The notes under the pieces were generated by a model that worked only from the letters and a program-made list of their open reading frames with translations, had not been told where the DNA came from and ran no database searches. From NCBI GenBank assembly GCA_024137785.1, contig JAHRHZ010000012.1, forward strand, positions 27,760,138-27,824,137: 64,000 nucleotides of DNA, given 5' to 3'. The DNA comes from Ginglymostoma cirratum (taxonomy: Eukaryota). Shown here in pieces: positions 48,845 to 62,097 of this stretch (position 1 is the first letter of the stretch; each line of letters opens with the position of its first letter). The translations under genes were made by a program, and so were the position numbers.

Positions 48845-49700
48845 TAACTTGCATTAATATAATGCCTTTTGGTGTAGTAAAGCATCCCAAGGCAAATCAC
48901 GAGAGTAACTATACAAATATTTTATAAAAACTGAAAGAACTGCAGATGCTGTCAGTCAGGAACAAAAACAGAAGTTGCTGGAAGTTCAGCAGGTTTGGCA
49001 ACAATGAAGAAGAAACGTCTGAGTTAACATTTTAGGTCCGGTGACCCTTCCTCAGAACGAATATTTTCTCTTATTTCTCCTAATGACAGTTGGTTAAAAG
49101 TAAGAGAAAATGCTGAAAAACTAAAGAGATGCTGGAATGCACAATATCTAACAGTATGGCAATAGAATGAGAGATGTACAAGATGTCAACAGTAGGTTAC
49201 AAAGATAGGGGGGGGAAAAAAGGCCATGAAGGGATCTGAACTGGAGGACAAGAATGATAAACATCAAGAGAGGTGTAGACCAGGAGTCAATGTAGATCAG
49301 CAAACACAAGGGTGAGAGATAAGTAGCACGTGGCACTAGCTAAGATATAGCTAGAGTTTTGCATGAGCTCAAACGTATGGGGCATGAAAGATTGGAGGCC
49401 AACCAGGACAGCATTGGAATAATTGATTCTGAGTGTAACTTACCTGCTGCTGACTTCCTCATCAAAAGACAGACACAGAGATAGCAGTGATACTACAACA
49501 TAGATCAGTGTGGTGAAGAGAAGGACAAGATGGCAGGAGCTTTCTTTGTGATCAAGCAGGACACCAAACTCGCAATCTGTCTGATGGAGTGTAAGATAGT
49601 GGGGTTTTTTTTGGGTGGGTGGGGGAAGGAGTTGGTGCCTTGGCTACACAGATATTTTTGAGTGTAAATCATACCTTCACTCTTCCATTCTTTTTAACTG
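48845..49700 (-). mobile_element. L2-clade LINE 3' fragment
   Basis: FRSLHGLFSPPYLCNLL (ORF 49148..49336; L2 motif 'KSLHGLAPPYL') and an L2-type 3' end (minus: 'gccttgggatgctttactac..ggcattatattaatgcaagtt'). Confidence 0.7.
48925..49060 (-). mobile_element. Penelope-derived insert within L2, hammerhead with mutated GAAA box
   Basis: Minus strand reads gtt-CTGAGGA-agggtcaccggacct-AAAAT-gtt-aac. The + strand reads 'aaagaactgcagatgctg..gaagttgctgga'. Confidence 0.8.
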
Positions 49701-50394
49701 GATGGAATTACATTGTCTGACAACAGACAGTGAAACATTTAGGGAAGGGGTAATGAGGACACCAGTTATTATCGTGTAAATGTTGCGCCTCATAGCATCA
49801 TCATTGGTTAATGTTGCAAAGGATGAGACGCAGATGAGAAATAAGGGAGGTGGGGGTGTGGGGAAGGAGGAGGAGTTTGGGAAAATGCAGAGTAAAGGTG
49901 CAGGCATCGAGAAGCCATTGTAGGTGGTGCGGTGGTTACAACCAAACAAGGAAGAACAGAGTGAGGTGATGCAGCCCCACTCAGTTGGACAACTGACGTT
50001 AGAACAGGATAGTTTAATCAGTCAGTCAATCTCATCAAAGCATGCTGAGTTTTATTGTAATTTCACCACACCCTATCCTTCTGCGAAGACTTCTTTATTT
50101 CAGCAAATTGACACTTAAGCTATGTCAAGAAAATACAACCCTGGATTTATACTTCAGCAAACCAGGAATCAATTAAGGAATTTACGTCTAGGCTTATAAA
50201 AGGGTTTTTTTGCTCTCCTAGAGACTATTTAATGTATATCCTGGCTTCTACAAATCCAAGTTGAAGTCATCACTGTACTAACTGAAATTCAATATCCAAA
50301 ATACATGATTTCAAATGGTTTTAAGAGTGGCATCTGCTACAAGTATACATTTCCCTAAGCTATTATTAACTTTAGCATTGCTTCAAAAAAGGCA

Positions 50395-50750
50395 TACTAT
50401 TGAAGTTCTAAACTTGCACTCATCAGGCTAGAATTTCTGAAATACCAAATCTCAAAGTGGTTATCAATTTGTACTGCATGAAGACAGTCTAAAGAGAGCC
50501 AACTTGCCTGGTTTGAATCTGAACAAAGCTTGGCATAAAACTGTTCCCTGGTGTATTCTCCATTGCATTGCCTCTACTAACCAGAGTCCAGTTGTCAACT
50601 AATCAGTACCCTCCTTTCATACAGTAGAAATTGCTGTTCCCTTTGAGATACGGGATTTTTTAAATTCTGCCATGTGCACACGAGCCAAAACAGCTTTGAC
50701 AGCATGTCTTTTATCAGCAAAAAACTCGGGTTCTGAACTACAAAGTGACT
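50395..50750. mobile_element. Inverted pair of type-2 Penelope-like terminal repeats, degenerate
   Basis: The minus arm at 50395-50485 (CTGATGAGTGCAAG at 50413-50426) abuts a plus arm at 50490-50750 homologous to 29245-29490. Confidence 0.55.
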
Positions 50751-52594
50751 ATTAAATCCAGTTATACTTGTTGTTCAAGGAAATGTGTTAAAAGGCTCTA
50801 GTTACAGAATATGGATTTTATTAACAGGTTACAAAAAAAAAACAATGTTTTCATTCTTACTTTTGCAGCAGAAAATGTACTTATGTCTACACTTGACAGC
50901 AGTAATTCTACTCTCTCTTCATGCTGAACAAGCTATTCATTGAAGTTAATATTTCAGTTTGGTGACCCATACTTTACATCTGGTATAAACAAACCACTTT
51001 TGGGGGAAAATGTGGAGATGAACTCTAATCCACAAATACTGTGATTTATTCAGGATTTACGTTCCTTATACTGTGGATACTGTGCACATAAGGTCGTAAA
51101 CCCCTCTTCCTCGGTCTACCGAAAGATAAATTTATTTTACACTTCTTAATGTGGTAATGTGTCTATTTCACAGAACAAGTATTTTGGATTTCTCAGAGTG
51201 AAGAGGTTACGAAAGGTAAATTAATAATAGATGATGATTTGATCTATTTTTCTGTCATTTAATGTAGCTAATGAATAATAATACATACAAAATTGTTGGA
51301 AATATGAAGGTTAATCGATATTTCAAAGACTCATCAGAACAGTTACCTAATCTTTTTGCATATATTGTTGTTATACATGCTTGTTTGCTTCAATTTAGTT
51401 TCTGAACAATAATTCCTTTTCACAAAGGTAATCATTGTGTAGGAAGTTGAAGAGAACTGGGAGCTTCATGTCACAACCTTTGTACAACAGTAAATGTACT
51501 TGGTTATCCGATTGTATATATTCTCTATATTGTTGTTCCTCCACACCTCACCTGTATTGACTACATCCACAGCTACCCTTAAGCACGCCCATTCTTATTT
51601 GAATCACTACAGCTTGAAATTTTGATTTGATTGAGTTTTCTATGTACCTTGCTTTCAAGAATCAAGTTTCTATATATACACACATCACAATTGGCTAACT
51701 GGCTATTATTAGACCATTAACAACATGACAGACTGTACATTAAATGACAAAAATGTATACAAGAACAGGGGCATTAATTGCCAAGAACATGGTGGGAAAA
51801 GTCTAATTATGTTGGATATTGAATGAAATAAATGTCATAATCCAGTGATAACATCATTAGGAAGATCTGTTTCATAGTATGACTGGGATGAAATAATTCT
51901 AAAGTATAGATTTCTTAAACAGAAGTTAAAATGTGTTTCCAGGGGATCTACAAGGCCAGATTTGTTCTCATTTAATCAGTTTATTCATTTGGTTTCACAA
52001 AATCATGATTTCAAATCTCACTCAAATAGAAGTGTACAATGAGGTTGTTACTTTGTTCTAAATTTCACTGCCAGAGATGTAATGTCCAGTTTTACTATGG
52101 GGTAACTGCACTGCCAGAGAATGATGGAGAGAGAAATTTTGCCTGCTACCCCAAACTCTGTTTGATTCAGCTCCCACATCGTTGGGTCAGGTCTCATAAA
52201 AGATGGAGAAGGCACCACCATCAGTCCTTGCACCTCAGAAGGAACATGGAGTCATAGAACTATATGCCGTCAGGAACCTGAAACAAATGCACCAGTGCTG
52301 AACAGGGATTTGACTGCCAGACCAGAAAGTTCAGGATTAAGTAGAGGAAATAATATTCCATGTCTTTTCAATGGCAACACAACTCAACCCACATCACCAC
52401 TCAAAGACTGAACTATCCAAGTCATTTGGACAAAAATTATTCCTTGCAAAGTTTACTGGTTAAGGGATCATGGTGTGCAAAACAAAAAGCTGTTGCGCTC
52501 ACCGTTTTAGGACAATTTTTGGACTGCACTTACACTGCAATTTGCAAATCTCGACTAACTTGTTCAAATCGTAATGTGTGAACCTAAGCAGTGA

Positions 52595-53330
52595 GCAACT
52601 AAGAAACAGGAGCTGGAATAGGCCATTCAGCCCCCAGCCTGCCCCATTATACAAGCTAATGGCTGATCTAACCTAGGCCTCAACTCCTTTTCATTTGTGC
52701 CAGCTCATTGTAGCCCTTAATTCCTCAATGTTTCAAAATCTATTCACTGTCTCTTTAAAATACTTCTAGTGATTTATCTACTAATGATCTAACTCTCTGG
52801 GGGAAGAGAATTCCAGACATTCACTTAATGCTGAGATGCAAAGGAATTTCTGCTAAGGGTAGTGAACGCACCCTACTTCAAAATCTCCCAATGGTTGAAA
52901 CATCTTTGCAACATCTACCCTTTTTCAGGCCTCCTAAGAATCCTGGACATTACAACAAAATCACCCCTCACTCTTCCAAACTGTCATGAATTAAGCCCTC
53001 AATTCTTTAGCCATGCTCGATAAGTCAACCCCTGCATTTCAGGAATCAAACTCTTTGGAACAACCTCCAATGCCAGTTTATCCTTTTCTCAAATGTAGGG
53101 ATCAAAACTATATACAGTACACCAAGTGTAGCCTCAACAACATCTGTACAGTTGTAACAAGACTTTGATTTTTAAACTCCCAACCCCCGAGCAATAAAAA
53201 GGACAAAATTTCATATGGTATCTTAATTACTTTCTGGACCTGCATGCTAATTTTCTTTCATGTACAAAAACGCCAAGATACACCATGCTGCATTTTTTTT
53301 AAAAAAAAAATCTCTCTCCATGTAAATAAC
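52595..53330 (-). mobile_element. CR1 3' portion
   Basis: Tail 'aagaaacaggagctggaataggccattcagccc' and 'caaaactatatacagtacaccaagtgtagcctc' (RLHLVYCI*F on the minus strand). Confidence 0.8.
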
Positions 53331-53334
53331 GCAA

Positions 53335-54285
53335 TCCTAACTGAGCTGTCCCAATACAGCTATGAGAATGGCATCTACCTATCAACATGAAAAATTTCCA
53401 AGTACACAAAATGCAGAGTGATACAGCCAGTTAGTGTCTTTTCAGTAAGAAGTGGTAGATACCACCAAAGACAATGCTACCAAGCAGCACTTGTAGACCA
53501 ATACCTTACACACAACCCGTAATTACCTTGGCACAACTTGGATTCTAAAGACATGTAACTCCTGACCTCAATATAACCTTCTAAAAGCAAGGAGAGAATG
53601 ACTGCCCTTGACGTCAAGGCCACATTTGTCTGGGTGTGGATTCAAGGTACCATGGCAAAATTCAGCTCATTGGGAATCAGAGGAAAACTCTGTGGTTGGA
53701 ATCACAAAAGAATGTGATTGTAATTGTTGGAGGTCAATCATCTCAGTCCTAGGACATCACAGTAGGCATTCCACTCGGAAGTGTCAGAGGCCTAATCATT
53801 TTCAGCTGCTTCACCAACGGCCTTCCCTCTATCATACAAATGAGGTAATCGGCTGATGATTGCACAATGTTCAGTATCATCCACACACGTCAAATACTAA
53901 ACCAATCCATGCCCATACGGCCAATATTCAGAATTAGGCTGATAAGTGGCACCTTCATTACTGACAAAGCACTGGGTAGGACTTTGATGGGATACTCTCC
54001 ATTTGTCTGGATGAATGTGGTTCCAACACTCAAGAAGCTTCAGCCTGCCCTAGACAAAACAGCATTCTTGGTCACCATTCATGCTGACCTAAAGTTGCAA
54101 CAGTATGTACCACGTGCAAGATGCATGCATTTAACTTGCCAAGTCTCTTTCGACAATACCTTCCAAATTAGTGACCTCCATCAGTGAAGTCCTCAAACTT
54201 CATCCATCACCACCCTCTCAAGGGCATGAAAAGGCAAACAATTAATAATGGCCTTGCCAGCAAAGCTCACATTTCAAGAAAAGCA
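53335..54285 (+). mobile_element. Family-B RT to 3' end, heavily deleted
   Basis: 'actgcccttgacgtcaaggccacattt' (TALDVKATF), 'gctgatgattgcacaatgttc' (ADDCTMF), and tail 'ggccttgccagcaaagctcacattt'. Confidence 0.75.
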
Positions 54286-54719
54286 AAGAGCAATAGGAAG
54301 GTTAAGTCAAACCTGGAGGGTAACTCATTTTTCAGTGTTTTACACATAATCTAAAAAGATAATATGCCTGAGTAAAGAAAACAAATTGAAATTGTACATT
54401 GTGTCACTCAAAAGCACTTTTAAAATATTAAGGTTGGAGTGAAGCATTTCTACTTTAGGGCTCATTGTCAAACATGCAGCAATTACACAACAAATCTTCA
54501 ATTTATTCATCTTTTAAAAGATAATTCATTTAGATAATAATATGACTTTATAAAAAGGTGAAAAAAAAAATTAAGTGCATAGTTGCTTTGCAACATAAGT
54601 TCACTTAAACTTGCAGCAAAAATGGTGAACTCTCATCTTGGCATGTTTGGTCCTTCCGGTTGGCAAAATAGGTATCTTACTCCTGTCAAATATAAATCTT
54701 GCAGTTGAATGAAAAAGAC

Positions 54720-55410
54720 TTTTTATTATTAACTAGTTCATGCAAGGTGGGTATCACTCAAGGTCAGAATTTCTAACTTATTCCTAATTGCACAAAGAAG
54801 GTGGTAATGAGCTGCCTGTTTAAATAGCTGCACCCTCCGATTCCTATTCCTTGATTTTGATACAGCGACAGTAAAGGAACAGCAAAATAGTTCCAGGTCA
54901 AGATAGTGTGAAATTTAGAAGTAAAACTGCCATCTGTCCACCACCTGGGAGGAACAGGAGATTTCACAGTCACAGGTCACTACTCCAGTGCATCCTGCAA
55001 ATAGTATATGCTACAAACACGATGTGCCAGTGGTGTGGAGAATTAATGTTTAATGCAGTAAATTAGGTATTTATCAGGTGGGATGCATTGTCTGATTGTG
55101 TTCAGTTACTTCAGAGTTGTTGAAGCTGCACCCTTCCCAGGTAAATGGGAAGTATTACACTACACTCAACTTGTGCCTTGCAGATGGTGAACAGGTTTTT
55201 GAGGGAGCCACAAGGTTATGAAACTTCTGACATGAACCTCTAGTCACAGCATTTGCACAGCTGCTCCAGTTACTTTTCAATGGTGACTGCCTACTGTGTT
55301 GGTGGCATGGAATTGAGATTATAATGCCATCATGGTCTTTGCCTGGCATTTGTGTTGTACAAATGCTGCTCGTTATTTGTTAGCCATGGCCCTAGCCCGA
55401 ATCTTGCTGT
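54720..55410 (-). mobile_element. Family-B 3' portion, degenerate
   Basis: HTILTWNYFAVP (ORF 54773..54973) parallels LTTLTWKYIVIP at about 22105-22140. Confidence 0.7.
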
Positions 55411-56054
55411 GTATTGTTGGGAATACACACTTTACATTTAGGGACTGAAAGTAAAACTGGAAAATATGGAACTGTTTGGATTTGTTTTCTCGATTGAAGA
55501 GCATTCCCAAAGTGGATTATTGGAAATGAATTCAACAGTTATGGTGTGCTGTGGTTCACTTACTTTTACGGGAAGTTAAGTAACTTTGGAGAAATGGCTA
55601 ATTTTTAGGGAAATACAAGATTCCCTTTCAAGAGGAGTTTCTGGGAACTTGGTAACATTTACATATTAGTATCTTTCACTACCTTCTAAACTTTGTAAAG
55701 CTAAACTCTGGCGACTTTCCAGTGACACAGACCCAGCTTGACTGCAACCTGAATTGAAGATTTTTGTTGCCAGACTACAGCTGTCAGCAATTCAATTTGG
55801 TCAACAAGAAATCTAGTAAACTGAGAAAAGTCATTTCATTCTATCATTAGCCTTCAGACCTTTTCCCTTTTGTTTTTTAAAAAAAAATACACAAAAATCC
55901 TCTGTGTACAGGCTGTCATCTTTCGTATTATGTGAGGTGTGTCTGTGTTTGGGATTTGACGGGATTTGTTCTAATTCCAGATTATAGTTTAGAAGTTAAC
56001 CAGTTTGGTAATTTCCTTTACAAGAAAATTTTTGCTTTGTAATAAACAGATTTT

Positions 56055-56135
56055 TTGAGTTCATTAAAAGCAGCAGCACTTTGTGGCATCTTGAAAACTG
56101 TGAATAGAACTATAGAAATGCAAGATCTTTCTCCG
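56055..56135 (+). mobile_element. L2/Deu-SINE-type 3' tail remnant
   Basis: 'gcactttgtggcatcttgaaaactgtgaatagaactatagaaatgcaagatctttct'. Confidence 0.5.
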
Positions 56136-56175
56136 TCTGTCTGTCTGTCTCTCTTTCCTTTTCCATCGCTCTCTC

Positions 56176-56535
56176 TAATCATGAGAGGTATAGATAAGGT
56201 AGATGACCAACAGCATTTCCCCATGGTAGGGAAGACCAAAACATGAGGGCATAAGCTTCAGGCGAGAGGGGAGAGATAAAAAAGGGTTCGGAGCGGCAAA
56301 TTTTTCACGCAGAGGTGGGGTGAGTACCTGGAATGGGCTGTCAGAGGTAGTGGTAAAGGCCAGTATAATTTTGTCTTTTAACAAACATTTGGACAGATAC
56401 ATGGATGGATAGGCATGGAAGGGATATTGCCAAAATGCAGGCAAACATGTCTAGATTAATTGTGCAAACCGAGTGACATGGACAACTTGGGCCAAAGGGG
56501 CCTGTTTCCACGCTGTAAACCTCTATGACTCTATT
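56176..56535 (+). mobile_element. CR1 3' end
   Basis: IMRGIDKVD..TRGHK-like segment and tail 'gggccaaaggggcctgtttccacgctgtaaacctctatgactctat'. Confidence 0.9.
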
Positions 56536-56824
56536 ACTCATTTTTTCTGAGTATTAATGCAAATGAGAATTAATTGGCCACTTTGCTGATTGAATTAACA
56601 CATTTATACTAATGGTGCGACCAGTACAACAGTGGGGCTTCAGTACCAGCACATTCCTTCCAAAAGTCTAACAGCATGAACTGCTTCATTGATGGAGGAG
56701 CTGCAAAAGGAATTGAATGCTGCAAAAAGAATGAAGATCTTCCAAAGTTCAGGAAAGGTCATTGATGAGCTTGATTTTATTTTCCTCTCTCTCCTTCTCA
56801 TATTTTTTTTTTTAAAACCAACCT

Positions 56825-57305
56825 TCCAGAGTTCTGGACAGGGGGTAGCAGCAGCAGCACTGGCATCATGGGGAGCTTGGCAGAGGCTGTGGGTCCTCAG
56901 CTCTGACAGCTGGAGGTCCCATGCATGGAAACAGCTTTGGGCCCGAGCCCAACACGTCAGTGAGGGAGGCCCCCTGGCATCTGCGGTGTTGACAGCAAGC
57001 CCAAGATTTCCCAGAGAGCAGGCCAAAGCAGGAGTGCACTTAAAGACTGTTGAAATTTTACCCATACTCCTTTATTTTTCCACATAGTACTAGGAAGGAC
57101 TGTAATGTTAACCTTTAATTTTATTTCTTTGTTTTTCTATTAAGAACAACGATAATGCTTTACTTTTAAAGTTGTTTCTCTATGCCACTACGTGTACCTA
57201 AGTTATGTACCCAAGTACCTTCGAACCTAAGATGGCACCGTGTGTGGTGACATCATACTCCTGTTCTTGATTACATGAGATAATAAAGTTTAAATCTAAA
57301 TCTGA
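56825..57305 (+). mobile_element. Putative non-autonomous retroposon with a Rex1-like tail
   Basis: GC-rich body, then a T-rich segment, ending 'acatgagataataaagtttaaatctaaatct', similar in form to the tail at 61483-61507. Confidence 0.5.
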
Positions 57306-57839
57306 TTAAGTAACTGAAGACGTTCGGGCATTGGACACGACCCTGCCGAACTCCTGCAATGTCTTGGTGCCAAGAGGATTAGCTCTCACAAACACACCAC
57401 ACGTTCCTTCTGTGCTAGGCATGACTCCAGCCAACCAGGAACCTTCCTCTTGATTTCCACTGGCTTCAATTTTCCTAGTGTGCCTTGATATCACAGTTGG
57501 ACAAATGTATAATGTCAAGGGCAGTCCCTCCCAGCTCACTTCTTGATTTCAGCTCTTTTTTCCATACGCGACTCAAGGCTATAAGTCTGAAGCCAAATGA
57601 TCCCAAAATAAATGTTGGTAAGCATTCAACATAATGTGATGAAGCAACATGAAAGAGAAAAGAAAAAAAAAATCACAATCACAATTAGGATCACATTTTT
57701 TAAAAAACCAGCTAGGGATTTCTTTTTAAATTAGAAAAACAATAGGAATCCCACGCACTTTGTCAAAACATATCATTGCTTGGTGTTACAGTTATGTTAC
57801 AGAATTAGTCCTAAAAAAAGCGTGGACCAGAATAAGTTG

Positions 57840-58080
57840 AAGATGGCAATTTCTTATCATGGCAGTTGCAGAATTTCAATTCAGTATTCATAAAAATCTA
57901 AAAATAAAAAAGCTGGTATCAGTAAAAGTGGTCACTAATGTGTTCGATTGACTCAAAAGCTCAACTGATTCATTCATTTTTTTTAAATGAAGGACAAGTT
58001 CAGTTTTTACCTGGTTTGGTAATATATGCCCTCAGCGCCAATATGACTGACTTTTAATTACTCTCCAAAATGACCAAGCT
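57840..58080 (+). mobile_element. Degenerate family-B 5' region / SINE
   Basis: 'catggcagttgcagaatttcaattca..aaaatct..acctggtttgg..gactgacttttaattactctc'. Confidence 0.6.
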
Positions 58081-59204
58081 GCTGGGTTAACAAGAAACCT
58101 ATACATGCACAAGAAACGACAGAATTACCAGCAACAACTGCATTCTGAGAATGAATCAAAAGAAAAAAAAAAGTGTGTCAAATCAGATCTTTAGAACTCC
58201 TATTTAACCACAAGCCTCAAGCACACGATTAAAAAGTTTCAATGTTTACCTCTGAAAAGATCTCTTAAAATTAGCTGGAAAAAAAACAAATTTGTAATTA
58301 AAATAACTGAACAACTCAACGCTGCAAGTCTAGCATATCAAGGTTTTGGAGGACTTAAACGTGCAAAGAACCTTCTTTAGAAGGTAAATATCCACACTGG
58401 CGGTTAAAGAATTGCTCACTCCAAATTATTTCTGTATGGCTTATATGTCATTTCAAAATATCAGATTCATTAGCAGCAACAAGGTGAAGCAACAAATTCC
58501 ACCGGCTCTTAGAACAAGTTCAGGAAAATGAAATACAGAACAGGATGATCATTGGCAAGAGAGAGAGAGTTTCAACTAATACACTCGTGACTGTGCTTAC
58601 CACATCAGCAAGTGGCTAACCTCAGCAGGCAACGGACATGTTTGCGTAGTTGCCAATTCAGTTTGGCGCCAATTCTGCTTTTGTTCGCAATTATCAGATC
58701 ATTCTCATTAGGATGCACGTAGGCATGTGCACATGCACACGTTGCGTGCAAAATGGCTAATGCAACCTACAGTAACCACACCTACGATTGCTCTTTTTAT
58801 TTTTTAAGTTATAAATGTTAAAAACTGCATCAAGGATGTAGCCCAAGAGAAAATACAGTACCCTGATATTTGTAACTAGAAAAGTACTTATCACTTGAAG
58901 GAAACATTATTAATTACAGCTCAGCAATCATTCAATTTTCAATTCAAATTCATTTTTAAAGGGAGGAATAAAACGGAAAATCTTGTTTGGTGGTCTTAAA
59001 TCCGAAGACTATGCACCAAGCTCCTAATGTACTACAGAACATTCACTGGATCACAGCAGTGGTTTGTGGCTGGCCACTGTTCAAATTTGTACAAAGTGCT
59101 CATTTCAACACCGTATAAAATTTAAGGAACTTTCTTTATAAGGCAGACTACTTTTTCAGATTTCCAACGAATCTCAGTTCTCTTATCAGTTCCCAGTGCA
59201 AGTG

Positions 59205-59528
59205 AATCATAGAATCCCGACAGTGTGGAAACAGGCCATTCAGCCCAACAAATCCACACTGACCCTCTGAAGAGCATCCCACCCAGATTCAACCACTACC
59301 CCTTTAACCCCATCTAATCTACACATCCCTGAACACTTTGGGCAATTTAGCACGGCCAGTTCACCTAACATGCACATCTTTGGACTGTGGGAGGAAACCA
59401 GAGCACCCAGAGGAAACCCACGCAGACACGGAGAATGTCTGTGTGGAGCTTGCACACAGTCACCCCAGGTGGGAATCGAACCAGAGTCCCTGGCACTGTG
59501 AGGCAGCAGTGCTAACCACTGAGCCGCC
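59205..59528 (-). mobile_element. HE1 SINE, full length
   Basis: Reverse complement of 46905-47205: 'gaatcatagaatcccgacagtgtggaaacaggcc..ggaatcgaacc..gctaaccactgagccgcc'. Confidence 0.95.
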
Positions 59529-59647
59529 CTAAATGATTTTGAATGATTTGTTTAGCTCATACGCCCACTCTCAGTGTTGAAATCAAAAATAAACAAACAA
59601 TCTTTCAAAGCTAGCCAGGAGTACCTTATAAACATTAAGACAAACTG

Positions 59648-60030
59648 AAATCATAGAATCACAGAACCGTTACCGTACAGGAGGAAGCAATTTGGCTGTC
59701 TGAATGAACGTTATGATTTAATTCCATTCTGCTGCCTTTTCTCTGTTTCTATTCAAATAATGTGCAGGGATGCAAACAGCCAATGTCCTTCCAAATGTCT
59801 CAATCGAATCTGCCTTCAACACACTTCCAGGGAGTATATTCTAGCCTCCAACTACTCATTGAGAAAATCTCTTAGATCACATTTGCTTCTTGCATAAGTT
59901 ACTTTAAACCTCTGCCGTTTCATTCTTAATTGTTTTACAAGAGGGGACAATTTCTTCCCATCTGCTCTGTACAAACCCCCCTGTGAATTTCAAAACTTAA
60001 ACCAAATTAATACCTATTAAATTACCAGCG
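59648..60030 (-). mobile_element. Old CR1 3' end
   Basis: 'atcatagaatcacagaacc..tgccttcaacacacttccagggagtatattctag..actttaaacctctgcc'. Confidence 0.65.
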
Positions 60031-60149
60031 TGCTTTTTTGTTTGTAAAGCACTCTAGCAATGTCTCAGAGTCATGAAAAAAAATGACATTTTATAATTGA
60101 TGAAGGTTATTTAAATGATTCACATGCCTCAAGAGCTAGTGATGTATTT

Positions 60150-61507
60150 GTACTACATCCCAGTATCTAAGAAAGTGCACGCAATGTGCCTTAATGACGA
60201 CCACCCAGTGGCTCTGACCTCCGTAATCAAGTGCTTCGAGGCGCTGGTCATGGCCCACACCAACTCCAGTCGCCCAGCCTGCCTCGATCCTCTACAATTT
60301 GCCTATTGACGTAATAGGTCCACAGCAGACACAGTTTCATTAACTCTGCACTCATCCCTGGTACATCTGGACCACAAGGACACCTAGATTAGGCTCCTGC
60401 TCATCGACTACAGTTCTGCCTTCAATACCACAATCCCCTGTAGACCTATCTCAAAACTCAAGACCTAGGTTTCGGCTGTGCCCTCTGCAACTGGATCCTC
60501 AGCTTTCCGACCACAAACTGCAGTGAAGATAGACAACTGCACCTCGTCCACAATAACACAGAACACTGGAGCCCCCCACAGATACGTTCTCAGCCCTGTA
60601 CTGTACCCACTTTACACCCATGACTGTGTTACTAAATTCTGAATGAACATCATCCACAAGCTTGCTGATGGCAACACTGTGGTAGGATATCAAACGACGA
60701 GCCAGAATACAGAAGAGATAGAGGGCTTGGTGACATGGTGCATTGAAAACAACCTCTCTCCCAACGTCGGCAGAACTAAAGAACTGATCATTGACTTCAG
60801 AAAGAAAGGAGGGGAACACGTCGCCATCTACAATCAACAGAACTGAGGCCAAGAGGGTGGACAGTGTCAAGTCCCTAGGAGTGGACGATAACCGAAAACC
60901 TGTCCCTGACTCCTCACATAGATGAGATGGTCAAGAAGGCACAACAACGCCTCTTCTTCCCCAGGCGGCTCAGAAAATTTGGCACGTCCACTAAGGTCCC
61001 TCACCAACAGTTACAGACGCAACATTGAAAGCATACTGTCCGGATGCATAACAGCCTGGTATGGCAACCCAGGACTGGAAGACAGTACCAAAGGTTGTGG
61101 GCACAGCCCAGACCATCACAGAAACCAATTTTTCATCCATGGACTCCTTTTACACAGCCCGTTGCCATGGGAAGGCTGCCAACATCAAAGGCCCATCGCA
61201 CCCCAGCAATGCTCTCCTACAACCTCTTCCATCAGGCAGAAAATACAGAAGCTAAAACACACGCACCTGCAGGTTCAGGAACAGCTTCTTCTCAGCCATT
61301 ATTAATCTGACGAATGGACTCTCTAACTTCAAAAAAGACTGAACTTGCTAATGTTGATCTTGCCTAGTGCACGCTCTGTGTGACAATTTGTACGCCTCAG
61401 TCTCGGTTTTTTTCCACCCCATTATCTGTATGTCCTTGCTTACTATGAATTGCCTACACTGCTCTTCACTGTACTTAAGTAGACGTGACAATAAATCAAA
61501 TCAAATT
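60150..61507 (+). mobile_element. Rex1/Babar-like LINE 3' portion (RT to tail)
   Basis: IPVSKK..CLNDDHPVALTSVIKCFEALV..LDPLQFAY, LLIDYSSAFNT, WCIENNLSPNVGRTKELIIDFRK, YRRNIESILSGCITAWYGN, LPSGRKYRS, and tail 'gacaataaatcaaatcaaat'. Confidence 0.9.
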
Positions 61508-61534
61508 ACTGTGAAACTAGCTTACCTCAGACTA

Positions 61535-61855
61535 ACAGAGTTATAGAGCTTAGGGTTATACAGCACAGAAACAGATCCTTCAGTCCAACTCAACTATCCT
61601 GATCAGATATCCTAAAAAACTGACCTGGTCCCAGGATATCTCTCTAAACCCTTCCTACCATATACCCATCCAGATGCTTTTAAATGTTGTAATTATACTA
61701 GCATCCACCACTTCCTCTGGCAGCTCATTCCATACACGCACCACCCTCTGCATGAAAAAGTTACCCCCCACGTACCTTTTAAATCTTTCCCCCGTCACCT
61801 TAAACCTATGCCCTCTAGATTTGGATTCCCCTACCCTGGGAAAAAGACATTGCCC
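61535..61855 (-). mobile_element. CR1 3' end
   Basis: ORF 61655..61858 LFPRVGESKSRGHRFKVTGERFK..NFFMQRVVRVWNELPEEVV. Confidence 0.9.
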
Positions 61856-62097
61856 CACACTGCCCAGGAAAGAAAATTTTTATATAGTTGTAGTTTTATT
61901 ACAGAACATATTGAAGGCCAACTGTGGAGTCTATGAACTACTCTTTCACACTGCAGATTCTGCATCTGCAAACTCCTTCCCTACTAAAGACAGATCCCTT
62001 ATGATCATTGTTCAAGTGACTAATAAGCTGTAATGTGGAACTGGGTAAATGACATAACATTTCTCAGGATTATTCTGTACGGATAGATATAAAGGGA

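Noticed and set aside
56640-57087. Overlapping 141-aa and 132-aa ORFs
   Set aside because: They run across a poly-T tract and a GC-rich repeat body and show no domain signature.
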